Below, one piece after another: positions 38,162-51,997 of a DNA stretch of 64,000 nt; positions within the stretch are counted from its first letter, which is position 1, and each line of letters opens with the position of its first letter. A program made the translations under genes and the position numbers. The stretch covers positions 2,294,001 through 2,358,000 of the forward strand of contig NC_089433.1 in NCBI RefSeq assembly GCF_026210795.1. Reading direction: 5' to 3'. The notes under the pieces were generated by a model, which saw only the letters and a program-made list of their open reading frames with translations, was not told where the DNA came from and made no database searches. This DNA is from Rhizophagus irregularis (taxonomy: Eukaryota).

Positions 38162-39860
38162 TAAAAGGCAAAAAAAAAGTTGGCAACTATAGAAGATATT
38201 CATTTTAGTAAATCTAAATCAAATTCTATTTATTAGTTTAAATGCTTTTTGCATTATATTTTTGTCTTGCTTTTTTTCCTTTTGCAAGTTCAATAGAATG
38301 TTAAATTTTAGCTAAATTGTAAAAGAATTATCTTTTATTTACTGAAATCAAATACAATAAATTTATCCTTACAGAAGTAACTATTAATAATCATATAGAT
38401 ATATCCTTTACATCATCAGTATATTATTTAATAACTTTAACCAAATCTTATGTATTATTGCTAGCATTAAACTGCACTAGAAACATTAAATTTTCATAAA
38501 TGATCATTGATATATAATGGTACTTTTGAGTAGAATAGCAAGAAGAAATATTCTGATATTGCCTATATAAAAATAGTATAATTCAATTTTAAATAAATTC
38601 AAAAGTAATATATATATCCTCAAAAATGATTACAACTAATGTAAAAATGATTTTACACTAGAAATTTATTCTAATCTAATATTCTTATAATAGGGTTTAC
38701 TTGATATTATCTAACAAATATCTATTTTAGTTTATCAAAATGGTAAATACAAGATTTACCAGTAGATTGATTTTACTTGTACTATTTCTTTTACTAACTA
38801 TCATACTGAAAGACCATGTTATTGCTAGATGTTTAATATTTTGGATAATTTATGCTTTATGCTCTCATCTATATTTATAAGATAACTAAATCATTTTTTA
38901 TTTGTACTAATTTATTATTCTTTTTAATTAATGAATCTTCTAAATTCCTTTTTATCAATCTAAACTAATATTTTCAGTAGTTAATTTCCATTTTTCAGTT
39001 TCAATTTATATTTGAGAAAATCCATTTCTAATAACTTCTTCCATATTAAAAAAGCATTCTGCTCCAACTCTTTTACTCTTAATTGAAGTACTTGCATCTC
39101 TTCTTTCATTTTGAATTTAAGAACTAGTATTTTTTCTAATTTTATAAAAAATTCATTTTTAATATCTATAAGAAAAATATTTTTATAGGTAATTTAAAGT
39201 TTAAAATCTTTTATAATTGCTTTATCTTGTTTTCAAACTTAAGATTATTTATCTCTAAATATAACTGTATTATTTTCTCTTCAAGTTAATATATACAATT
39301 AGAAAGTTTTTCATTTTTTTTTTTAGATTTATTAAAGTCATCATCCTGTATGCATTTATTTTCTTTTTTTATTGGATTTAAAGAATTCTACATATGCTTA
39401 TTTTTTCTATTTAAGACATCATAACTATTTGCAAATTGACTTTTCCAATATATAGCAACTTCATGGTCTTTTTTTTATGTAAGAAAGCTCTTTTTTAAAT
39501 TCTATTTAGCTTAAAAAATATTAATTTACTAAAGAATCTTCAAGTTTATTACCATTATTTAAATTTTTAAAAGTATAAATTTGGATATTTTATTGATATT
39601 TTTTTTTATTTTGAAGAAAAATTCAGCCAGATTTTTAAATTAAATTATTTTTTTTTTTGGCAAATCTAATACCTATTGATATTTATTGAAAAAAAAAAAT
39701 CTCTAATATATACTGAAAAATACTAATATACATTCATACTTATTAATATATACTGAAAGAAAATATTGATTCATATTAAAGAATACTAATATGTATTGAA
39801 AAACACTAATTTGTACCAAAAGATATTGATATAATTATATTGAATTATCAGAAATAATAA

Positions 39861-40040
39861 GGGAGTTTACAGATATTATGTAATTATCAAAGGGGGAAGG
39901 GGGTAACCAAAATCTTACGTTACACTTAATAAAATATATAATTTATAAATATTATAATTTGATTGGTTATTAAATCTCGAAAGTGGGGGGGGGGGTAGGT
40001 TTATATTAAACTGAATATTACATAATATATGTAACTCCCC
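39861..40040. mobile_element. PIF/Harbinger (Tourist-like) MITE
   Basis: Imperfect TIRs GGGAGTTTACAGATATTATGTAAT / ATTACATAATATATGTAACTCCCC; TAA on both flanks; internal G-tracts. Confidence 0.7.
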
Positions 40041-41707
40041 TAATATATATTAAAAGATATTAAAAAAAATTATTAGTAGTTTTTTGCATATATATTCTGA
40101 CTAAAAATGGTTACCTATCTTCATGAAAAATTTTATTAATTCAATGCAACTTAATCATTATTAGAATTTGATATTAAAGAGATTTGAGAATTAAAAGGTA
40201 TAATATTCAATGCATTAAAAAAAATGGCTGAAAAATACTATATTGATATTTAATATATTTATGAAATATAAAACAATAGTGAATATCTTTAATAAGAGCT
40301 AATGTTCTACACAAATCAATTCATGATACGGTGTAACCCTAATTGCTTCTGAATAATAAAAACATATTTTACGAATAATTTTTGATCTAGCAGTCCGATT
40401 TTAATAATTTTTTTTTATTTTGATTAGGGCAATGAGACCTATCGATTAAAAAAAGATCATTGAAATTAAATCACTAGATCTTGAGATAATAATTTTTGGA
40501 GGTCGAATTGAGTCTGAATCAAATCTGAATCGAATCTGAATCGAATCGAATTTCAGAACTTTGAATAATAATTTTCAGACTGATAATATAGAGCTAAATT
40601 TTAAAATGATATTAGAAGTAATAGATATTCTCTCTTCAGCTATATGCTAATACTTAAAGTCAAATAGAACATTTCTTTGGTCTTTATAAGATGCTTTTTA
40701 AGCTTTTTATATTTTTTTTAAGTCTTCTTTACTAGTCAGATTAAAGAAATTGCTAGATACTTGAAGTGATAAATTTTATTTATCTTAATAAATCTCTAAT
40801 TACTGAAAAATTGTAATAATATATATCTTTCTATAATCCTTTATATAAAACTAATTTTTAGTTGAATTAGAAATATCTTTAACTTTTCAAGTTCTTATTA
40901 TATTTATTAATCATAGAATTGGCTTGAACTTACCATTATTAATACAAGTATAATTTTTAATAATAGTGATAATTAAATTTTCTTTCATGTTCTTTAGAAT
41001 AATTAGAAATAACTACTACATTTATATACTATTTTAGTGCTTTAAAAATATATTCAGAATTATCTTTTATAGTAAATTTAAAAGGTTTATTAACTTTCCA
41101 TCTAAGCGCTTTAGTAATAGTTAAATTAAATCCATTAAATTTGCTTTTATTATTTGAAAAAAATTCAGAGATTGGTAAATTATTTGTATTAGTATTTAAG
41201 TATTCAGTATTTAAAATTTTATTTATACTTAAAATATACTAAAATAAGCAAAATTTAATATCATTTAAGTATAATTTAAGTATATAATAATATACTTAAA
41301 ATATTCTTATTTTAAATATCCTTAAAATATACTGAAATAGACAAAATTTAAGTGTAAATTAAATATATTTTAAGTATATATTAAATACAAGTTAATTCAA
41401 ATTTTGCAAAAATTCAATTTTCAGTATATTTTAAGTGTAAAATAAGAAAATTAAATATATTTTAAATATATTTTAAGTAAAATTTTTTTTTATAAAGTAA
41501 ATTCTAATATGTAAATATGTAATCATATAAATTTCTGTAAGTATATGTATTAAATTAGGATTTTGCTTCTTAGATCTAAGGTAAAAATTATATATAAAAT
41601 TCTTTGCAGATCTTATTATAAAAGGAAATTTTATATTATATTATATTGATTTTTTTCCTTTTTAGCTAATTAACCAATAGAATTTAAGAAAAAAGTAAGG
41701 TAAAAAC

Positions 41708-42020
41708 TACCGTATATCGCGGGCCATAGCTCCCCCTATGCATAGCACCCCTTAAAAAATTTCATAGAATTGTATAAGTACCCGGGAGGATATTTTACAA
41801 TTATCTTGTAATCCAGTGATCAGATTTGAGCCATCTTTTTTTGTTTGATAGCTCTCATTGAGCTCTTCAAAATAAAAAAAAGATCGTTCAAATTAGACTG
41901 GTAGATCGTGAGATATTTGCAAAAAATGGAATTTTTGGACTTTGCCTTAGACTGGAAATACAGGGTCAAACCCCTGATTTTTGCAAGATACCAAAAGATT
42001 GCGGCCCACTATATACGGTA
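41708..42020. mobile_element. Tc1/mariner-pogo-like MITE
   Basis: TACCGTATATCGCGGGCC / GGCCCACTATATACGGTA (16 of 18 inverted match, including a putative TA target duplication); carries an internal palindrome of the GATCTAGT family. Confidence 0.75.
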
Positions 42021-42067
42021 TTAGTAAAGAGCTAATTTTCTATGGTGGGATCCTATTGAATTTTCAT

Positions 42068-42735
42068 TTAATTGGTGATCCGCGAGTCAAGTAGCGAAAA
42101 CGATAATAAAATTTGACGGAAATTTATTAATTAAAAGCCGCATTTCTGAATGTGGGGTTGTTACGAATTTCTTCTAGCCAAATGTTTAAATAACGCCATT
42201 TTTCTTTAATGAAATAGTTTTCCACAGTTTTCCCACCAATCTCATGCAAAAAAATCATAATGTAACATTGGAAAAAAGTCCAATTTCTAAGAGATCTGAG
42301 ATTCGAAAGACAAAAACTAGTTTTATCATACCATATCACTTGTATAATGAGTGTGAAAAAGTCTTGAATTTGTCGAGTTAAAAGTTATTACAGCATAGTT
42401 TACTAATAAAATAAATCAAAAATAAAGCAATATGCATGAAAGTTTAGTGAAATATAAAAAAATTTCCATAATTTGTACTTTTAAAACCTTAGTTTACCTA
42501 ATAACATAGTAAATGCCGCGTGCTCAAGGTAAACTTCGTCAAAAAAAAGTTTTACACTTTGTAGCTTTGAAAAATAAAAGTGCGACATTTACTTTATTGT
42601 TTGTGTTATTTTTAGTAAACTACGTTTATAAGCTTACATCAATCATTAAAGTTGGCGTATTATGACAAATTAGTATATGATTTGCGTCAAATTTTATATG
42701 TAATTTCTCTAGTTGACTCGCGGATCGTCAATTAA
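42068..42735. mobile_element. ~670-bp non-autonomous TIR element
   Basis: TTAATTGGTGATCCGCGAGTCAAGTAG / CTAGTTGACTCGCGGATCGTCAATTAA (24 of 27), with the imperfect match extending to about 60 bp (ATAAAATTTGACG); TTAA at both ends. Confidence 0.78.
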
Positions 42736-45005
42736 TTTACATGTTATTATATAGTTTATAGAGAAATTGTAAAAAAAGAAAATTGAATTAAAATTGCAAA
42801 AAATTTATATTATTATTGCAAATTATATATATTAAATTTTATATTATTTAAAAGTTATTGCTTTAAAGAATTAGTATATAAATTTTTACATCTTTATTTT
42901 TTTTAGAAATAGAAATCAAAAAAATATTGAGTATTGATATCAATTGTATTTTTCATTTTTTTAATTTAGTAGTTATTTACAAAAAAAAAATATTTTTTAA
43001 TTATTTAATTAATGAAATTATATAAAAGCTAACAATATAAAATTTTAAATACTGTATATAAGCACCTTCACAAATATAAGCATTCACAAATTTTTATATT
43101 ATCTGAAAGCAAAGTTAACGTTCCTTAACTTGAATGGCTATGATAATTTTGGTCAATCTCAAGGTGATTCCATTTTGAGAATAGCAAGTGATAGTTATTT
43201 TTAAACCTGATGTTCTAATGTCACGAACTTGTTTAATATCACAAAAAATTTTAGTTCATTTTTGCATCAAAGATCCCAGAAAAACTTTTTTTAAAATGGA
43301 CACATTTTATACCAAATATATAAATTTATCCAAATATAAGTACTCCTATAACAAAAAAAATGTTGCTTATATTCAAAACTTTACGGTATATGTTTTTTAG
43401 TGTTCATTTTATTATATATTAAAATTTTGAGTAATATTAATATATATATTTTTGAACAATTAAGTAAAATTAGGTATTTGCTACTTTTATCCAAGTAGTG
43501 TATTTTTAAAACAAGGTATAAATTACATTTTTAGCAAATTAGCTATTTGTAACTTTTTGAATTTTACAGTTTAAAGAAAATTTATTAAAATTGGACTACA
43601 AGATGCCAAAAAATTTGTAAAAAATGATTTTTTGAATTTTAGTAAGAAAAGGTAATTTTGATTAAAAGTCCATTATAACCTATATATTAGATGTTCAGGA
43701 TTCTATTACAATATATTTTTATTTTAAATACTAATAATTTTAGTTAAAATTATTAAAAAATTGTAAGATAAGTGTTAAAATAACTAAGTAATAAGATTAA
43801 AAAAAATGTTTGCAGAATATAAAAAAGGTTTTTACATTCTAATATTTTATATTATTATTATTATTTTACATTTTATATTACTATTATTAATTATTAACTC
43901 TTTTTTATAGTCTTTGAATACTTTCAAATACAGCTTTTTTCAGAAAATAAACAATTAAAGTTACTACTTGTAAATAGAAATTTATACAATTTATAGCCAG
44001 ATCATTTTTTATAGGTGCAAGATTTGAAAGTTGTAATGTAGTGTCCAACATTACAAAAAATAAACCTGCTGCTTACATTCAAAGTAAATGCTTGCTCATT
44101 CATATATTGTACTCTTCCCTTATCTAATATTATACAAATCTTAATGTCAGATGAAATATTAGCAAAACCATCTAAAATAATCTGCATTTTCAACATTGAT
44201 CTTATCCAGTTCTTTTTTATCTTTGATAAATTTCATAGATTTGAAGTCTCCAATATACTTTATTCAAAAATTCATCTCCCTATAAAAGAGATTGTTTTTG
44301 GCAAGAAAACATTGAACCAATTATTAGGGTTTTTAAACTTTTTATTAACATTTGATGAAATTCTTGAATGGGTTGAAGGAATTTCGATCAATACTTAAAA
44401 TTAGGTATTACTGCTATGCATGCTCTTTATGGGTCTTTGACTTGCCGTAACACGAAGATTGTCAATAGGCATTCTACGTGTAAGTATCTATAGATCTGTT
44501 GTGACATGATTTGACTGATGTACAGTACTTCTGGAATTTTCAACATAATTTGAATGATTTTTGAATTCGCAATTGAATGCGGCAGAAGCGTGTATAATTC
44601 TACATTTTCATGGATGAATATTCTGAATATCATAATAATTGACAAATTGTATCCTTTTAAGCAAAAAAATTAACAGTAATCCTATTCTGTTATAAAAGAG
44701 CATACTTACTCACCACAATTGAATTGCGGTATCAACGTATTTTATAAAAAGTTGATCCAATTTGAAACATTCGTTTTACTTACTTTTTGTGGTTGGAAGA
44801 TTTAAAATAGGGAAAACGTTTTTCCCAAATTCCCAAAACAAACGTGACTTAAAGAATTGACGACGCATGTGATTTTCATAATCTCAAGGCATTTTATTTT
44901 ACGCCCACAGAAAAGGATAATAAATAAAAACATAAATATATTCTTTTTCACATACACATATTTTTTTACGCAATACAAAAATTATTTTACAAAACAAACG
45001 GATGT

Positions 45006-46567
45006 TTAAGATGATTCATCGGTTTTTTTAAAATGATAAACTTTTTCTTCTCCGGTTCTTGGTATACCTAATTCTAAAAGCTTATGGAATGCAGCAGCGA
45101 AATCTTTGAAAAATAATTCTTCATCTTTAGCATATTTCTCTACCCATGGTCTAAAATTTTTATCCTAATCATTAAAATAACCATAATTAATACTGAGATT
45201 ACATTAATAATAACCAAATTTACATAAATTACCTGCATCAATGCCATGTCAGCGGGAAGCATCATAAGTTCACCTATAAAAGCAAATAAGTAAGTAAGTA
45301 AACGAATGAATAAGTAGCAAAATAATGTTTCTTGTATATTACACACCAGTCTCTTTGTCAATATATTGTTTTGGACCTTTCCATTTTTTTTCAACCCACT
45401 TTCTACCCAAAAGTTCGGTAAAGAAATTATTTGTAAACATTGTAGGACTAGCAGTCCATGGACCGTCAAAACCACTTCGATCAGGATGACAACGACCTAA
45501 AGCGTGAGCCCCAACAAGTGCTACAATTTCACTGCGTTGAATATTCATAAACAAATTTACGAGAATAAATTATACTGAAATGGCTGGAATAAATAGAAGT
45601 ATAAGAGTATATTAGTTACCGATCATCGAATCCCATTCGATAAAAAATATCCCGAATGTGAGATGGACCTTTAGTAGCATCGGGAAGACGACCATCAGGA
45701 GAACAAGCTGTTGCGGCGTCAGCATCCTTACTATAATAATTATAATACGAACATTACGCGTGAATTTACATTATCAATTAAAATTAGTAATATCCGACTT
45801 AAAATTGATTAACTTACCGTCCGGGAATCCATGGAATTGTAGGACCTCCCTAAAAAAATATATAACAAGTAAATTGTAAATAACCCACAATACGAGTACT
45901 AATTCAAGCAAATACGCATAAGATTAATTTATACCATTTCCTGAATAGCGGTAACACCAGCTAAACTCCATAAATCAGAATAAGATATTTCTGGATTTTT
46001 TTGTTTAATAGGTTCCAATTTATCTCTAGCAAACTTAAGTCCTGCATTAGCACCATGATCAGATTCGGGAGAAAATCTCATGGTAGCACCATTACTGCCA
46101 CCGGTCTTAGATACTTTATCATAAGTGCCGGCCGCATGCCATGCAAGACGAACAAAAACTGGTCCATTAGAACCATCATCCCAATCGTTATCTTCTAAAA
46201 TATCAGCTATTTGATTATAAATTTTTTGATAATCAATAGTTTTTGGTTTTATAGGCACTTGAGTTTTTTCTAAAATACCACCATTGTTGGTACTGTAAAA
46301 ATAGTATCCCACTCCTGCTCCTAAAAGACCAGCTGCTCCCAACCAAAGCATACCGCTGCTACCACCGCTGCTATCACCACCGCTGCTACCACCACCAGTT
46401 TTTTGCTCTGTTTGTTCAGTACTATAAGCACGTTTCAAATTTGGAATTGCAAAGGAGCGAAAATAAACTGAAGTATTCAAAACAGTTTTAGGGTAGGTTG
46501 CATTAGCGGCAAACTTTGCTGTGTTAGCACGTGTAGAAAAAGCGCGAAGAACTCGTAACGAAGACAT
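45006..46567 (-). CDS. CCP1: Mitochondrial cytochrome c peroxidase (class I heme peroxidase), multi-exon
   Basis: Presequence plus hydrophobic anchor; [76 protein letters not shown]. Confidence 0.96.
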
Positions 46568-48133
46568 TTTCTTTTTTATTTACAATAAAGTGGAATTTGT
46601 TATCCAAAGGTAAAAAGTACTCCTAGATTGAATGTGGAAATAAATTTTTTTTTTTTTGCATGTTGTGTTCAATTTGATTTTCCCATCAAACGCATTCATT
46701 CCCGATTATAAAAAATCTGATTTTATAAAAATGATTTCATAACCTATTAAGAACTAGTTTTAATTGCGTACCTATTACGAATTAGTTTTTAATTGCGTAA
46801 TTTCCAAAAATTAAAAATGTTTGGCCATAGAGAGTTAAAAATCCTACTAATACGTATTTAATAAAAATAATAATTTTTTAATATTTTTAATGGTTAATAC
46901 GTTTATCCGAAGTCGCGCGGACTGAGTTAACATTTTGCGAAAGATGATTATTACCTATCACGCCTATCACATCTCAAAAATAAGGTGTGGATCGTCATGA
47001 TTATCATCTCATATAAACCAAATTAGTCTATATTATTTTTTACAGAATGGCAAAAATCAATTTAATAAAGGGAATTGTACTATCGAAGCCTTAATAATAC
47101 TTACTATTAAAAAATAAATAGTAAAAAAATAATTGTACAAAGCATTTTTATACAAAATTTTTAAGTTATATAGCTAAAATTTTGTAATTGATTTGATTTA
47201 TTGAAATAAAGCTAATTAAGTATAAAAAATTTTACAAGTAAAAATAACAATTTAATTAAATTAAAAAAAAAAAACTTTTATTTTTGTAATCTTTTATATA
47301 ATGCTAAAGCAATACAAGATCCTTAATTTTCATATAAAATTATAAATATTTTAAATTAGAACTTATATTTTAAATTAATACTAAAAAAATAGGTTTATAA
47401 AATTCATTAATAAATTAATAATAACTAATATAAAATTATTATTAAATTATAAAATCATATAATTTTTACAAATTACTATATATATTAAGTAATTTAACTA
47501 TAATATTAATCATATAATTTTTACAAATTAAGTAATCTAAATTAATATTTATATAATTCAATAAAGTTTTCATATTTTAATTATATTAAATTACTATTAA
47601 TTAAAATAGCTTTTAACTTTAAAAATATTATTAATTTCAAATAATAGTTAATATTTTTTATTTATTTTATTTATATATATATTTGTATTATCCAGCTAAT
47701 TTTTTATATTTTAATTTCATTTTTTCAACTTAAACCTGATATTATTTGTTAATAATTAACATATAGTTTCTTTTATCACTTTTTTAATAATCAAAATTTA
47801 CATTTTATAAGTAAAAACAATAATACAGAATTACATCTATCTGCTATATAACTTAATAAATCTTTTTACAATTATATATATAAATAATTTAATATTATCA
47901 GTAAATTGAATAAAAATATTGATAAGAAATAATAATAAAGATATATTACCCACTCATTATCCTTTTATCTAGTATATAAAATAAAATATCTTATTATTGA
48001 TTTCAACTTTCAGCTGATCTGAGTTTTTTCGATATAGCCTTTCTTAAAAAATTCTCACTTGTCAAGATTTTAAAAAACTCGAAATTCCAAGAAAAAAAAG
48101 AAAGTATTTAAAATTCCTCTTGATGACTTTACA

Positions 48134-49267
48134 TCATTTCTGTTCAACATAATTAGCAGGAAAATTTCCTTCTTTTCCGTTACATTTACCGACCCACCAA
48201 TCATTAATACTATCGGTTTTCTTTATAATAATAATTATATCGCCCTTACTAAAACTTAGATCATCATCCTGTTCGCCTTGAAAATCATAAGCAGCAATAG
48301 CAGTTTCTAACTTTTTACGAGGTGGCATAGGAGGTTTGTTTGGTTTTGGAGCCAAAGGAGGTTTACTAGAAGCAGTATGATAAGAATGTGTTTTTTGTGA
48401 ATTCGATGTATTTGAAGTTATTGATGATTTCTTATCATTATAATTTTCTTCCTCTTTTTCAAAAGGATTGTTGGTAATTTTTGGAGTATAAGGAGGAGGT
48501 TGACTAAATCTATTTTGATGATTATGATTATTATTGATATTAGTACTAAGTCTTGATGAACGAGAACGAATCGCATCATCATTAGATGAATCATTATCTT
48601 GATGATCAATGATAGTTTTTCTTGAAGCTTTTGCATTTAAAGCTCTATATAAAACATCAGCTTGTGGGGGAGGTGTAACTTGACCTGAAAGTAATTCTTT
48701 TGCAGAAATTTTACGATTATAAAATTTTGCATTGGCATCTTTTCTTTCAAAAATAACACTACCTTCAACTGATACACCAGCAAATAAACCTTTTGATTTA
48801 CTATAAGAAAATATAGCAGCAGCGTGACCAAGTGATAAAGATCCAGCACCTTCAGCCGTACGTCCAACAGGACCAGCAGCAACAGATAAATTTCCTCCTA
48901 ATGTAACATTACCACCTTTCGTAAATGTTTTCACAGCATCCTTACTATTTAATACTATAACAAAATCCGTCATTTCAGCACCTATTTGACCTCCAAAACC
49001 CATACCTCCAGTACTTATTGCTGATGGTGCACTCCAAGTTCCATCTTCTAAACGTGCTACAACTAGACCTGCTCCCATTCTACCTGAAAATAAAAAACCT
49101 GCTTTAATAACTGTAAATATAGCAAAACCTTTAGCTTTTTGCAATACATTTGGAGGAATAACTTTATCGGGACCCTTTGCTGCAACAGGGTCAATAAAAC
49201 TATTGAGAATCTTTGCAGCTTTTTTACATTCCTCTGCAAGATCTTGTGGTAAAGGTGTATTAACCAT
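48134..49267 (-). CDS. LSB3: Ysc84/Lsb3 family actin-regulating protein (SYLF domain, Pro-rich linker, SH3), intronless
   Basis: KAGFLFSGRMGAGLVVARLEDGTWSAPSAI...GLFAGVSVEG; C-terminal SH3 AAYDFQGEQDDDLSFSKGD...WWVGK...GNFPANYV. Confidence 0.92.
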   Translation of the reverse strand: MVNTPLPQDLAEECKKAAKILNSFIDPVAAKGPDKVIPPNVLQKAKGFAIFTVIKAGFLFSGRMGAGLVVARLEDGTWSAPSAISTGGMGFGGQIGAEMTDFVIVLNSKDAVKTFTKGGNVTLGGNLSVAAGPVGRTAEGAGSLSLGHAAAIFSYSKSKGLFAGVSVEGSVIFERKDANAKFYNRKISAKELLSGQVTPPPQADVLYRALNAKASRKTIIDHQDNDSSNDDAIRSRSSRLSTNINNNHNHQNRFSQPPPYTPKITNNPFEKEEENYNDKKSSITSNTSNSQKTHSYHTASSKPPLAPKPNKPPMPPRKKLETAIAAYDFQGEQDDDLSFSKGDIIIIIKKTDSINDWWVGKCNGKEGNFPANYVEQK

Positions 49268-49952
49268 TATTTAGTGTGTTTTACAAAATAAAGGAAAAAA
49301 AAAAAGAAACGACGCTTTTTTTGTTAAGTGATTCTTTAATCTTCAGATCAACCTTTATATAATATTTATATCTGATCAGTCATTGTCAAGTATATGATCG
49401 TCGGCCGAAATTATATCAAAATAATTTTTAAATTTTTGTGATGCTTACTTAGCCTTTAGCTTGGTGTGTTATGATTATTGTATTACATAAAGACCGGTAA
49501 GGTAATACAAAGTAAAAAATTTTGACGTAAAATTTGAAAATGCATAATTATATCATTCATACCAAATAAATTATCGTTTACATAACAATTCGGTAAAGTT
49601 ATTAGCATAAACCAATTAACCGTATTATACGGAACTTTGTAATTACCGTATAAAGTTGCCGTATGATTAACATTGAATAATTTTGTGATAATTTATTTAA
49701 TAATATATTTAAATATATATATACGGAATTAAATAGTTCCAAATAAGGATTGTGAAACTTTGAAAGAGTTGATTATAAATTAGTAATTATTCTTTATTAT
49801 AAATTTCAAACGGCTTTTTTTTCTCTTTATGATTCTAATTTCTTTCCCAATTAATTGACAAATCTATCTTTAAAGAAGATTTGTAAACTAAATATACGTT
49901 TTTTTAAGTATAATAATAATAAAAAAAAAAAAAAATTAAACAATAATTAATT

Positions 49953-51053
49953 ATGTCTACTATTCCGGTTATGAAAGAAATAAGTCGAACATCATCAATT
50001 AATGACTCAATCATTGAGATTTCACTAACTTCGGATACCGATGAACTTAAATTACCAAAAAACAAAACTTCTAGCATATTAATAGTAAATTTTATGCCAA
50101 GAATAGTCTTCGTATTAGGGCTCGCATTTATATTATTATATGTTATATTATTATTAATACAAAGTATACCGAATTTATCATTGCCTAGATCTGTTGAAGG
50201 TGTTAAATACCAAGCCATCATATTGGAAAATTATTCTAATGAAACTTGGCAAGGCTATTTACATATTCTTGTTGTTTTTTCTTTGATTTATATTTGTAAA
50301 CAAACATTTTCCATTCCAGGAGCCATCTTTCTTGTAAGTATTAAAATATTCTTACCGTTACGTTAAAAAGAAAAAAAAAAGATCATTTTTGCTACATTTT
50401 TGCTAATTTTAAAAAATAAAATGTCGTTTTTTTTTTTTCAAAAAAGAATTTATTGGCAGGTGCTTTATACGGTACAATAATTGCTACATTGTTAACTTCT
50501 TTGTTGACTGCAATAGGGGCTTCTGGTGCATACCTTATAAGCAAATTTATTGGACAACCAATAATGAATCAATTTTTAAGTAATAAATTGAATTATTTAA
50601 GAAAACAGGTTAATGAAAATAGGGATGGATTATTCTATTATTTACTATTCATTAGAATGTTTCCTTTGTCTCCATGGTGGTAAGTAAATAAAATATGAAC
50701 CAATTAACATGATTCTCTAATGTTAATTTTAAATTTTATTTATTTTTAGGTTTCTTAATATAGCATCACCATTATTATACATTCCATTTGGAATATTTTT
50801 TACGACAATGTTTTTTGGATCAATATCATATAATTTAGCTTGTGCTCAAGCTGGTGATATTTTATCAGAATTATCTTCTACTACTGATATCTGGCAGCCA
50901 ATGCTAATTTTTAAAATGTTTTTGGTTTCTTTATTAAGCTTATTGCCTCCTTTATATACGAAAAAATTTAAAAGTAATAATACTATTATTAAATCAACAA
51001 AAAATTCTTTTAATGAACAATTAATTATAATTGAAACAGGTCAAATTATATAA
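49953..51053 (+). CDS. TMEM41/DedA (VTT, SNARE-associated) family membrane protein, 3 exons
   Basis: YICKQTFSIPGAIFLNLLAGALYG; FYYLLFIRMFPLSPWWFLNIASP; multiple transmembrane segments. Confidence 0.9.
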
Positions 51054-51997
51054 TTTTAATCTTAAGGTTTTGATTTTATTATTTTTTTTTTCTTAAAAAT
51101 AAAAAAATTAATATTTTATATAATAAATCCACGTGTTTATATTTTAAATTTCGGAAAATAAAATTAGTCTTTTCCTAATTAATGCGGCGAGTGAAAATTA
51201 TTTTGTGATTGACGAATCGTTTCTCCTTTTAGAGTCAAATTCAATGATTTCATTCTTTTTTTTCCTAAATTTATTTCATTGTAAATTTATAAAATAGAGT
51301 GCACTATTTATTTTTTTTAAATATGAATAGATATGGAATAGATATGGAAATTGATGACAAGGTCGCGATTATCCATTTTATGTGTTAAATAAACTTATCC
51401 CTATTATTGTCAAAATGCTTGACTGCTTGTAAATAATGATATATATATCAATATTTAACTATTTTTCCAAGAAATGCTAATATAATTAAGTTTGATAAAG
51501 TGAGCACGACACGAGAGAGCATTTAAAAGTTTACTTTTATTAAATGAGACAAAAAGTTGACCAAATTCTCCAAGTTGTTCTAGAATAACTATAATATATT
51601 GAGTTTTCAAACATGTCTTAGAACAATCCAATTCTTCATAGAGATACAGGGGCTATTTCTCAAGTCTATCCCGTTTCCAATTTTTTTTTTACTAGTGAAT
51701 TTAATCGAGTCAATTTAGTCTCGTTGGTCGGTCAATTTAATCGATCATTTGTTTGTTCGAGAAAAATTGACAAATGATCTACAAACAAACATATGATAAA
51801 TTTGAGAGAATGATCAAATTAATTCATTCCTTTTTTGATATGATTGGCAGATTAAAATGTAATGATTTGTTATATTAGTAGACTTTCATCATTCGATATT
51901 GTTATTAAATAAATACATCATTTATCTCCTAGATCGGTTTAGCTAATGTTAATTATTCTCTCTCTTTCCTTATTTCGTTTCATAATCATCCGGAAAT

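Noticed and set aside
38200..39700. Possible decayed transposase coding sequence
   Set aside because: Too eroded to translate or assign by eye
43000..44650. Short ORFs and possible gene remnants
   Set aside because: Stop-riddled and AT-rich with no recognisable motif
7547..51053. Lipid-metabolism gene cluster (CHO1, acetoacetate-CoA ligase, SPT subunit, TMEM41)
   Set aside because: The genes are dispersed among unrelated housekeeping genes and there is no evidence of co-regulation
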